A DNA stretch of 63,734 nucleotides, the filler included, from Choristocarpus tenellus KU-1152 (taxonomy: Eukaryota; Protista; Phaeophyceae): assembly GCA_964200185.2 (NCBI GenBank). It is 8 parts of 8 records of this genome, joined end to end, with 100 filler letters (N's around TTAATTAATTAA, not from the genome) between each part and the next. Parts side by side here need not be neighbours in the genome. Positions count along the whole stretch, not along the records: positions 37,630 to 44,987 come from CAXNAD020006273.1; positions 45,088 to 56,086 come from CAXNAD020002573.1; 6 more parts are not named here. The stretch is one strand, 5' to 3'. Below the pieces are notes generated by a model. The model ran no database searches. It saw nothing but the letters and a program-made list of their open reading frames with translations, and had not been told where the DNA came from. Both the position numbers and the translations under genes were made by a program. Positions 38,156-49,800 of this stretch are shown in pieces. The stretch's first letter is position 1. Each line of letters begins with the position of its first letter.

Positions 38156-38915
38156 TCTCTCATGAGGGGTCAACAAAGGAAACCCCAATTAACAGAACAC
38201 TGTTCCACTAGCAAGCTAGAGCGGAGCTGTCAGATGTCATAGGAATATTACTATCCCCAACGAACACTCATGAAATTTTGTAAATGATATCATAAACTTC
38301 TAATAAAATGTTTAGGGACAAGAAGATGCCATCTCTCCGGCAATATTGTTAATAAGGCACTTAAACTCAACCCACAAAACGAAAAGAGGCTATCAACGAA
38401 CCTCTTCAAACAGATCGACAGCAAGACTATTGCGACCAAAATAAAACGTATGTCATCTGTCTTTGTATTCATCCCTCTCTCCCTCTCCCTCTCCCTCTCT
38501 CCTTCTTCGACTCTCGGTTCACCTGACTTTATTTTGATAACACAAAGATGCACACACTACTACTGTTATTAAAGTACACCAACACTAAGTCGTAAAAACA
38601 ATATAAGTAAAGCAACCCCAATAAATGCAACAACAAATGCTGCTCTAGTGCACTAATGTTGTATGTTGCATTATCCCGGGAACTTCCAAAGGACAGAAAA
38701 TATCCCCCCATACTTAACAGACAAGGAATCGGCACTAGAAGTAGCTACCTCTCTATCTTATCATGTTCCTTTCCATCAACCTCATTTCCTCTTTCTTTCC
38801 CGGTGTTGTCTCAAACATGACATTAATCCGTTCAAAACGGCCAAGGCACGCATCCTTGGGGGGGGCCCACCCATCCATCTTTACCCATTCTAAGACCCTT
38901 GCCCTTCTAGAGGTC

Positions 38916-40067
38916 TTACACAAACGTTATAATGTGTTTGAAGACATCATCTGCCTTCAAACTCAGGAGATTAGCCACAAGAGGCAGCAACCCTTCGTTG
39001 TGAATAATCCCAAATACGCTATTTAGAAGATAAGTTCTCATCAGTCGCCCGGACTTGCAGCGTGGACTCTCAATACCTCCCACATCACATAATTTGACGC
39101 CTTCCCTATCTCTCCGGCAGGTCAAATTTTGCTTCCCTTCTTCCTGTATTTCCTCCATAACACCAGGTGGTATTTTGGTTGTCACCATTTCGCCTTGGTG
39201 ACACTGTTCCCTCCCACAACTGTGTTTGCGAATGTAAGGGCTGCCATTGACACTTTTCAAGAAGTTATCTATGCCACTATTGTCAGCACCAGCACGACCG
39301 CCGACTCCACCCTGGGAAAAGAGTTCCTGGATCTTGCTCCGCAACATCACTAGCCATCCCCTCCTTCTCCAGGCACGGTCCCCCGACGCTGCTCGCAAAA
39401 ATGCAAGGATACGGGTTGCTGCCTCCCCATCTTCTCGAGATTCTCCCAGGACAGAGAATGGTGTAGAGCCATCTGCTGCCACAGCATCCTCGGCTGCTCC
39501 CCAGCACAACAGGACTTCTACACAGCAGGCACGGGCGTTTCGGCTAGCTAGGTGCAAGGCACTTCGGCCGGCATTATTACGCAGGTCCACGGAAGCTCCA
39601 CCTCTTTCCAGAAGCATAACTAAAGCGTCCAGTTTCCCATTGAAAGCTGCGCGGTGGAGCGGAGTGCTTCCGTAACGGTTCTTCGCGTCTGGGTTTGCAC
39701 CAGCAGCTAGGAGGGCACAGATGATTGAAATGTGACCTGCAGCAGCCGCATGATGGAGGGGAGTCTTATCAGCTTGACTGCGAGCGTCAGGTTTAGCCCC
39801 ACCGTCAAGTAGGGCGCAAACTACCCCGTTGTGACCACGAATCGCCGCGCAGTGAAGCGCTGTGTAGCCATCCTTGTCTCCCAAATTCGCGCGCGCCCCA
39901 GATTCCAAGAGTATTCGAGTCAGGTGTGCATTCCCCGCCCGCGCAGAGATACTGAGATGATGTTGGAGCCAGTCATTAGGGCGACTCTCTAGTTGAAGCT
40001 CAGTCAGAACGCGCTGTGCTTCGTTCCTCTGACGATCGTCTACATCTACAATCTTGGGAGCAGATGC
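38916..40067 (-). CDS. Ankyrin-repeat protein, long terminal exon (384 codons)
   Basis: Acceptor TTTATTTAG| at 40067, open to TAA at 38916. About 5 ANK repeats (TALHCAA, TPLHHAA, TPLHRAA, SALHLAS), then DRAWRRRGWLVMLR and terminal DDVFKHIITFV. Upstream exon not identified. Confidence 0.9.
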   Translation of the reverse strand, partial: ASAPKIVDVDDRQRNEAQRVLTELQLESRPNDWLQHHLSISARAGNAHLTRILLESGARANLGDKDGYTALHCAAIRGHNGVVCALLDGGAKPDARSQADKTPLHHAAAAGHISIICALLAAGANPDAKNRYGSTPLHRAAFNGKLDALVMLLERGGASVDLRNNAGRSALHLASRNARACCVEVLLCWGAAEDAVAADGSTPFSVLGESREDGEAATRILAFLRAASGDRAWRRRGWLVMLRSKIQELFSQGGVGGRAGADNSGIDNFLKSVNGSPYIRKHSCGREQCHQGEMVTTKIPPGVMEEIQEEGKQNLTCRRDREGVKLCDVGGIESPRCKSGRLMRTYLLNSVFGIIHNEGLLPLVANLLSLKADDVFKHIITFV

Positions 40068-42184
40068 CTAAATAAAAACATGAGTATGGTTGGGTGGATT
40101 TTAGACATGTCGATGCAACATCAACGAGTATTGCCAGGAGAGTCACAGTTTCGACGCTACGTGGTCATTTGAACCATAGGTAGATTCTCAAGCTTAAATA
40201 GGGAGGCGTGAGACATTTGGCATACACTTCCAAGACTGGTCCCAACAAGACTCATATTCCGACATCCAAAAGTCCTGTCAATTGTTTGAAGCTCCAAAGG
40301 CAATCTATCCCATCATAAGATACTGTTACGTATCCGTTGGTGTAATATCCCCGAACTCACCAGATACTTTGACCAGGGGAAGGTGTCCATTCCCTCAGAG
40401 CCAGTGTATACGAGATGAATAAGTTGGAACCACGACCTTCAAGAATGCAACAATGTAAGTGAGACAGGGATGGAAAAGAGAGGAAGGAGAGTTACGAGAG
40501 TATAAACCCTCTTGAGGAGAACTTTTTTTTAACTCGTCTTCCACTTAAGGAACAGGACCACTTCTAAAGCATTCATCAAAAAAACCTAAGGAACGGACTC
40601 CAAAGAGCACCTATCCCAAAATTGAAGGACAATAAACAAGATAGAAAAACTTGGTCATCAATCCCAACACTGGAAAAGGCAATGCGCAGCTTCTCCTGTA
40701 AGCCAGCCCATTAATTTGCACCATGTCCCCTTACCTGTTCACTTATGTGTCATAAATGGCAGCCTCCACGTTCCAGAAGGATGTGTGATAGAGGTCCTTA
40801 GTTTGTCTATCACTAAGAGAGGTGGAACATCCCTGGGACGCTTCTGATTGGTTAGTTGCAAAGTCGGTTGTGCCGCTATTTCAAAATTTAGATTGGTTGT
40901 TAATTATGTATTGGTTGTTATTTGGGGGTGGCGTGGTTGTTGAAAGGTGCACAAGTTGATCCTAACATCACAAGTGCAATGGGCAATGTCTATGACCCTC
41001 GTCCCAACACATACTAAGAACAACTACAGGTCAGGGGAGGGAGGACAGGGAGTGGTAAACTTTTGAATGACGTTTGTGAGGCATTACAGGTAATTGTATC
41101 TAGGAAATGAAGTCCCAATAGAGTGATCGGAATTATATGGTGAAGGTGAGTAGAAACAGGCACAACCCATTGGATTGACCATATTGGAGAGGAAAGAAAC
41201 TTCTACCTCCCGAAAATGTAGCAATCACGATGCAAATCCTGGGTTCAGACCAAAGCCCGGAGTACACACAGAAGTCTTTTTTATATGTTGCAGGGCACCA
41301 GAAGAGATGTTAGATGATGCTGCTATCACTGCTGACATCAGCTGAATGAAGACCAATAAACCTGGGTCTGTTTCGGAAACACACAATAAAGTGTTGTTTG
41401 AATCATCAAGATTAAACAATACTAGAGATATTTGACCCATATAAAACCGGGTACGTCATATCCAAGGGGTCACAAAATGAGACACCACTAAAAAACAAGT
41501 AAATGAAGGAAGGTGAAGAGTTAAATTCAAAGGTTAAGTTGAAGGATTCGTAGTTAGGTTTTGAAATCGGATATGAACGTTGAGTCCTAAACATGGAACC
41601 TACCTCCATGTTGTACCAGTATTGTGAAGTAACTGATGGGTTTTCATGGTTGCGTATCAATCAAGGTCAAGATGGGAAAGCTCGAGGAGGGCAAAATGCT
41701 TGCTTGAAGGTCCTGCTATATGGTTGGTTGTGTGCTGTGGACACACTGCAAGCAACACAATGTGAACTTCCGTATTCAGCACCACAAACTCATATTGCTC
41801 CTTGTTTGTGGATTCCTCAAACAGGGACGCACCAATAATAATCCCTTGTGATATATTCGATGAAATGTCGTATGGCGCCCCTGCAGCCATGTTGACCTAC
41901 CAATTTCTTCAACCTGGTTTTTGCCGTCTTAGTAAAAAACCCCGGAGACATTGCAAAAGGTTCAACGGTGTTTTACCTGGGGCCAGGGATCAATCACCCC
42001 CGTGAAGCGTATCGTGTTCTTACTTCGACCAGTGCCATAGTCACTACACGTAACCTAACCTGGCTGTCCACAAAGGACCCTAGTCTTGACCCAGTAGGAG
42101 AGGTTGCCACTGCTTTGCAAAAGGGGGGGGGTAACTTGATGTTGAGAAGCTTGGTGCATGTAAGGCTCGTCGCCGGAAGCTAGC

Positions 42185-42409
42185 AGTTGAAATACATGGT
42201 AAAGCACACACTGAATATTAATTATCCACTGGGCCTTTTTCTTATCCATCAATTATCTCTGATGTATGATCAAAGACTGACCCATCATCATACCGCTATG
42301 CACGTTACTACTTTCTATAGTACCAACCTAAAGATAAACGTGCATGAAACCTATGTTTTATACTTGTTTCAGCACAGATAACGTAAGGATAACACTAGGT
42401 TATTCGACA
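42185..42409 (-). repeat. 3' LTR of the Copia element (~225 bp)
   Basis: On -, polypurine tract AAGGGGAGGA (42419-42410) is immediately followed by TGTCGAATA. Probable end TTTCAACT (degenerate ..CAACA). Confidence 0.65.
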
Positions 42410-42859
42410 TCCTCCCCTTGCTGAAAACAAGTATTAACTCTCAAACAATCACAAAAAAAAAAAACACACACACACACACAAACACATGTTATCTCACATG
42501 TTCATAAAAAACTTCACATGTTGTCTAAAAACTCAAACTGGAAAGTTCTTGGTCAATACATCTGCCCTCTAATTTGCAGTACCAACAAAAACAACACGAA
42601 TCTCTCCTTTTCTAGATAAATCCCTCAAAAAATGATGTCAGGCATCAATGTGCTTTGTTCTGGTAGAGCTTGTGGCATTTTGTACTAGTTTGCATGCACC
42701 ATCGTTATCCTCAAACAAGTCAATGCAACGCCTAGGAAACTGTGGCTGAATAAACTCAAAAACACTTCTCAAGAAATGTAATTCCTATGCCACACTAATA
42801 AGTGCTACGTATTCACTCTCTGTGAAAGACAGCTAAAACTCTTTGCACCTCTTTGACAT

Positions 42860-44092
42860 TCAAGATATTGCTCCACCTGCAAACATAATTGCTCCTCCAG
42901 TCACTGACCTACAATCATTCCAGTCTCCAGCATAACTAGCATCAGCATACGCACTCAACTCACAATTATTATCAAAATCACCAAAAATCAATCCAACACT
43001 GGGACACGTATTCAAATATGCTAAAATACATTTCACTGCACGCCAATGTGTGACTTTGGGATTGCTACTGTACTTGGCAACTTCACGAACTGCATTTGCT
43101 ATGTCAAGCCTAGTCATAACAGATGCCCACATCAAACTACCAACTTCCTCTCTGTATGGTATATTTTCATCAACACTTGAATGATTCTCACTCTTGTCTA
43201 GAGTCCTTGAGAGATCATGGGGTACCGACCTCTTCTTTGCCTCATCCATACCAAATCTTTGACAAACACTCTTAAGGTACCTAGTCTGACTGATGGTGAC
43301 AGTCTGTGCAGTTCTGTCACATGAAATCTCACAACCCATATAATACTCAGTATCACCAAAGTCATCCATGGAAAACTGCTCTTTAATCCTAGAGCGAACC
43401 CAAATCAAAACATCAATTCTACCAGCTACCAATAGATCATCTACGTGGGGGGCTATCACAGCACAATCAACACCATCTCTTACATCGTGTAACACACAAG
43501 GGTCTGCTCCGCATTGCTCAAAAACACACAGTTCTAAAACATGCACCAACAGATTATTAAACTCTCTGCTTGCCTGTTTGGTAGTACCATAAAGTGCCTT
43601 GATCAAATGCACAATCTTTACAGACCATATACCACAACCATCACATGGACGTACAACAATCTCTTCAGTAATATCAGCTGATATGAATGCTTGAATCACA
43701 TCCCAACGTTTCAATTTCCAATCTTTGTCTGCAGCTAAAGCTAATACTATTTTCAAATACGCAGGGGACGGTGTTGGTGCAAAGGTATCTTGATAATCTA
43801 AACCCTCAATCTGTCGAAAACCTTTTGCTATCAAACATGCCTTATATCTCCCTACCTCACCAAATTTGTTAGTCTTACGCATGTGAATCCATTTAGTGCC
43901 TATTGCCCTGCGTCCAGGGGGTAACACTGCCTCCACCCAAACATTATTCAACAACAAACCAGACATCTCTTCTGCTCTAGCTCGATCCGATAAATCACAT
44001 TCGGGAGAGCTACGTGCTGCTCTTACAGTCTTGGGTTCTGGAGGAAGTTCATTAGCTAACACACTAATAGAATTATCACTCACACACATCAC
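42860..44092 (-). pseudogene. Copia reverse transcriptase / RNase H N-part
   Basis: 410-aa ORF with RVT_2-type motifs; premature stop at the ISW position, and the frame continues broken to ~42500. Confidence 0.9.
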
Positions 44093-44987
44093 AAAGGGTA
44101 GTATCTACGGAAACAAACAAGTCATAAAAAATTGGAAATGTTAAAAACAGCAGCTTTGGCGGGAGTAGGATGATTGACTGACCTGGTGCGGTGGGGAAGG
44201 ATGTTGTCTTCACCATTTCCAATGCTGAGTCTTCGTAATTCCCTTTCACACTGGCTGTCCTGGGTTTGATCCATCCCATCGTCATCACCATCATTCGCTA
44301 TTCACTTCCTTAGCCCTACTAGCAGAATGTGAAGAGAGATTGAAAGCTATCTTCGGGACAAGTGCAACAGACGTCAGAGTAACATGCACCCACTCATCGT
44401 GGCCAACATTGAAATTCAAATCAATCTTGCCATACCCCTCGATGGGTAGTGAAGTGTCGTCAGCCATGGTCATTTTGTGGCCTTGTGGACATGTAGTGAA
44501 GTCATACATGTACTTAGAGTCTTTCGTTACACTGTTGGAAGCAACCGAATCAAAACACCACGTTTCGAAAGCATTCGTTCTCACCTTGCCATTTTCAGTC
44601 AAAGCAACGAACATGGTCTTAAAACTTCCTTCCTGTCCTAGCCGGTTCCTCTGATCCAGCCTCGAACATCCGCCGACTTTAGCGGATTAATTTTTGGCGA
44701 TATGAACTTCCCACCGACTTTGGTAGTCCTAGATTCCCTCGCTGGTTCATCTGGTTCAGCTAATATTCCCGCTGACTTTAACGGGTTTGCCCTCCTCCAG
44801 GGGTACACAGCTCGCAGGTGGCCATTCTTCGCGCAGCTGTAACACGGTCCTTTAAATGTACAGGAACCGAAATGTCCAATCAATCCACACTTATCACATC
44901 TCTGTCGGGCCTGGGTTAGCTCCCTGGAACGGGATCATGTCGTCCCAGGGTCAATACGTTGACCAGTCGTACCCTGGCTGCCACCTC

Positions 44988-45087
44988 NNNNNNNNNNNNN
45001 NNNNNNNNNNNNNNNNNNNNNNNNNNNNNNNTTAATTAATTAANNNNNNNNNNNNNNNNNNNNNNNNNNNNNNNNNNNNNNNNNNNN
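44988..45087. other. Artificial contig linker
   Basis: Same linker. Confidence 0.99.
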
Positions 45088-46876
45088 AAACAGACACAGA
45101 CATAATTGCTGTAAGAAAGACTCCTCTCTGTCTGACAAAAAAAGTAATTGGTGCCATACCCCCCCCCCCTTCCTCTTCCCATGCATTTATCACCACTCTA
45201 CGTACACTGTTAGCAAATGGAGGATCACACACAGCTCTCTGGAATATCAGTTCTATATATGCCAAATTAGGATGGAACTAATCTTTGGTACGACATTAAA
45301 TATTGACTTGAAAGCAATCATGAAGGATGTTTTGATAGACAATGTATTTCCGAAGCTCTAATGCACCATGTGTTTTGGGGCAAGATGGCATTTTGTTGCA
45401 TATTATAAAAACAAAAATACTGCACTTGTCAAGGGAATACCATGAATTGAGTTCCATTTCTCCTAATCATCATCCCAGTTGACAAGCTCATGTTTCTGTA
45501 CAGCCCTCCATCAAGATATCTCACAGAGTTTGATGCACTCAAGCATAATGGACTGGACACAGTTTAGAGCTCTATGTCCACTCCCATGCTTAGTGCATGG
45601 AGGCTATAAAGCATCCTCGAGATAGATCTGTTATTTTTAAAAAAAGACCTCGCATCACTGGTAGAAGCAAAGTGTTGGAGTCTAGTCTGAAGGACAGTGC
45701 ATGAGGTTGACTTAGATTTTTTATTCTCCAGTCAGGAAAAACGCTGAGAGATTCAAAATGTAACCATATATATACCAGCTATCAACCGGTGCACAGTACT
45801 TTCCTATATTATATATTTTTTTTTTCAACGCTGTTGTTGTTGCATGCCAGTTTGGAGATTTCAACATCAAGATCGCTCCTCTTGAAATTTATATCGATAT
45901 TTACACCAAGGAGGAAACAAAATGTACCAGAAGCAACAACTACACAAATATAACGGCCTACACCAGGGCTGAGCCGACCAGATGCATTCATGCTGCAGCT
46001 TTCCACACCTCTCGATATTATTGTTGCTCTTTACCACCTTTTACTGTTGCTGTATCTTCCTTTGATACCTTTTTTACCTTCCTTTGCATTGATCTTCGAT
46101 CGTGGTATCACCCTTAGGAGAATGAAAGAACAGAGATCAGTATACCAAGATTGTTGGTGAGCAAGACAGACACTATATCCAGGCGACCCCTGTGGGCATA
46201 AAGCCTCTGCATGTGCTTCTCTCTTTTCCGTTGCACGCAAAAACAATCTTTAGGTGCACAACGACTCTGTGGAGAAAATAGTTGTTGATGGGCTGTTTCT
46301 CTTAAGTGGGGGCTGTGCTGGGGTGGTCAGAGTGTGGAACCTTGCCCACCTTGCCTCTGCAGGTAGGATGCCTGACCGAATTTCCCCCTTTTGATCCCAT
46401 CGCAAGGATGGGTCCACATATTGAAATCCACTCGCAAAGGTGACTCCAGATTCCTATTGCTAAGAGCATCCCTGCAGTTAACAACCTCTTCTTCCAAGTC
46501 GAATCAGAGCTACTTTGACCATCTCCTCTTTGTACTGCACTGCTTTAGGGATTTTGGGGCATTTTCATGAGACACACGTTATGCATTTTTTTGTATGTCG
46601 CTGAAAAAAAACAACAGCAATTTTTTCATGACAAGATAAATGGGCAGTCAGTACCCAAGAGGTTTGCCCAATCTCATGCTATAATATTCCTTGTCCCTGG
46701 TTAGGATTCTTTTGGTGTTGAGATTGTCAAAGATCAATTTGGTCATTGGGTCAGGTTTTTCACATTAGATTTTAAACCCAGTCCAATTTCTTATTTTTCT
46801 GACAATGTGCAATGCAGTTGATACCATGCAAAATCGGTGCTCAGTACTCCAAAAAACAAAAACGTTTTCTTTTCAG

Positions 46877-49800
46877 GGACTCCATTGCTCCAGGGTGAAA
46901 AAGTACAGCAAGGGGGAGTACTTGCAGCAGGAGAAATCACAGCCCACTCAGGGGGAATATCAGATATGGCTCTTTCCCATGGGAGAGAGGGTTTGCTGGC
47001 CACCAGCACAAAGTCAGAGGGTACAGTGAGGATTTGGGACTACACACACGTGGATGAGGACGGCAATTACGGCAGGTGAGTGTGGTCTGACTCCTGGTGG
47101 GATTGGCCTTCGTCGACCATTTATCCATCCATTGGGATGGGGTTAAGGGGTCAAGAGAGTGATGCCAAAATATTGTAGTGATACTTATTTCTCGGTATAT
47201 AAGTAAGCTATATATTACTTTGTAGTAGTTAAGTTGAAAGATGAATGCACTTGTGGGTTTAATATGCCATCAAGTAGGGCTACTATATCATACTCCAGAA
47301 TATATATTTGTACTGTGTCCCCTATATATACAGCTTCAATATTTTCAATGTCTTAGATTAATAGTATCATTTTTTTTATTACTCACGCCCTCAACCGTTT
47401 ACCTACGTGGGGATGTGTATGGTACTTAAAGTGAGGTTAGGGTTCCTCCCACGCCTTCCCAGTCTTGTTCACACAGACATATCCTATATGAGATATGCCC
47501 CGAACATCTTTTCCGTAGTTCTATAGCTAATTGTGCTTGTGGAGGGATAATGATGATCAAACCACATACTGTCCAGGAGTGAGCAAAGCCCTCTCCTCGA
47601 TATCCTTCCTGTAAAACAAGTCTCTATAATCTGTCTCGAAAAACTACCTATATGACTCCCTATTGAAATCAGATGGGGATACTTAATCCATTCCCCCTGA
47701 TTTGCATATCCTCTAGTGATATGTGGCACAAGGATAAAACATCATCTCTGTCATACCTGCACCATTTTGCAGCTCTGTTGCAAGAATCCCCATGCATAAC
47801 AACCTCTATTTTGAGTGTCTCTCTAAGATGCGGGGAGGGGTAACCCCCCCTCAAGCAAAAAAATTGTAGGTGAAGGTTTTCCTTTATGCTAGATTAAGAC
47901 ATGCTGATCGTTAGATTGGGACTTCTACACAATGCCTTTCTTTGCTTCACAGGGCAATTCGCCATCCTCTCTCTGGGTCGGAAAAAGTAGAAATACTAAC
48001 AAAAATCCCTACTTCCATTGGTTAGGAATGTTTCCATTAGGTTGCCCTACAACTTTGCATGCCCCCCTCTCTATCTTGAGGGTATCTCTTGCCTGTTTGC
48101 CTTACACTGTATACATTTTATTCAGTTCACCAGGTCGATTATTGGACGCAGAATATTGTATAATTTAATGCTGGCCATACCTCGGTCACCCTATGGTAGT
48201 AGCTTGGCAGATGCTATCCAAACACCATCTGGTACCATGTGGAGTGAGATGCAACCTTTCCTCCTTTCCCTTAGCAAGGTATACTCTGTCCCTTTCAATC
48301 AATAGCCTCCCGACACATGTTCGCTTTCCAACAATCAATAGCTAGAAAATATGTTAATAGAGTTATCCAAACAGATGTTTGATATATTGTAACCTGGATT
48401 CCTTTCATTTTTGCTGGTAATCGGTCCAGTTGAGATAATCAAGAAGACTTCAAACTTCCATTGGGTCGGTATGGATCAGATGCACCATTCTTCCTTTTGA
48501 TAGAGGGAGATAGCTCAAGGTTTGGACAACAAAGTCAAAGGGCTTGTACAAAATTGAAATATGAACAACATGCCAGAAAATGAAAGCGTCACTACCTGAA
48601 GATGAGAGTTGGTTTTTCCTAGTCTTACATTAGATCCTTGTACCACATTTGAGCCAGTGTGAACAAGAGGTACCCAGGGTTTGGCTGTTTTGCATGTTAG
48701 GCCACTTTTAATTGTTTTTTTCAGTTCACCCTTATTTCTATGGATAAAGTGCTAGGTTGACCCGAGAGCTTCGATTTGTCTGCCAATTGAAACTTTTATA
48801 CAGAGTGAAAGTATCCTAGAGGGTAGAGCCCCGTCCGTTTGAGACCCACATCCAATGTTGCTATTTTGATGTAATGTTGGCTGTTGTGTGTGTTAGGAAG
48901 TGTCAATATCCTTGCTCCAAACACACCTTTTCATAATGTACAGATTTTACCTATTCCAAAAGATTTTGGAGTATGCAAAATGTCATAAAAATAACGTGGG
49001 AAGCCAATCCCCAAATGGACAAACAGGGGGAAAATCGTACCTTCAAAGATACTTCACTGTACAGGATTATGAAAATTCCCTATATTCAATTGTACAGCAA
49101 GTCAAATTTTGCGCATTTGTCAGCACAGCATCCTTAAAATGTAACCTCATGTACCGCTTGTTCACTTTGGCTCATGGCTCAAAGTATCTGGGGGGGGTGA
49201 CGGCTTTCCATTTGAGGCCAATTTTTTCATGTTGTAATTTTTGGGTGATTTGGTTGTGTACGTTGGGTGGATAATGTAAGTGCACTTTTCCTGGTTATGG
49301 TCCAAATGGACATCCTGGTGTAGACCTTCCCCCCCCCTCCCAGATACTTTGGGTCTTGTTTGCATGCACAGTACCTTCCTGTAGGTCCTTGCACTGTATT
49401 TTCTTTCTGAATAGTAGGCCTTGTGCTATTGTCATAAGCGTACTGTAACACTTTACTACACTTGAAGCACTTTGAAATATTTATGATACATACTCATACA
49501 AACATGAAATCTCTCACAACGAACTTGGTCCCCGTGGCCACTGCTTCGCTTGGAGCAAAAAGCAAGCCTTACCTCCCCAATAGCAAGTCACAGGTCAAAC
49601 CTTGAAACCTCAATATACAAAAGGTGTCGAGCAACATGACTCACCACAATTCACAAACTCATGGTAGTGATGTAACTGTCTCAGAAAATTGTAGCACCTA
49701 TGCAACTCCACTTGGATGTAGCAGTCACTAACAGAGTACACATGCTAATTTTGGGATTCAGTAGTAAATACTCCGGAGTAAGAAGGCAGGTTCTGATCGG

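Larger units (their letters stand above)
42185..44987 (-). mobile_element. Ty1/Copia LTR retrotransposon, decayed, integrase deleted, 5' end cut by contig break
   Basis: Order on -: zinc knuckles (CDKCGLIGH, CYSCAKNGH), protease-like WCFDSVAS (44614-44291), RT/RNase H 44092-42500 (YKACLIAKGFRQIEGLDY, KALYG, HVDDLL, YADASYA, ADVLTK) with frameshifts and stops. Confidence 0.93.

Noticed and set aside
40324-40967. Possible solo LTR (TGTTAC...TAACA)
   Set aside because: No matching TSD and no second copy in the window.
41225-41890. Chain of minus-strand ORFs suggesting a pseudogene
   Set aside because: No recognisable motif or splice structure.
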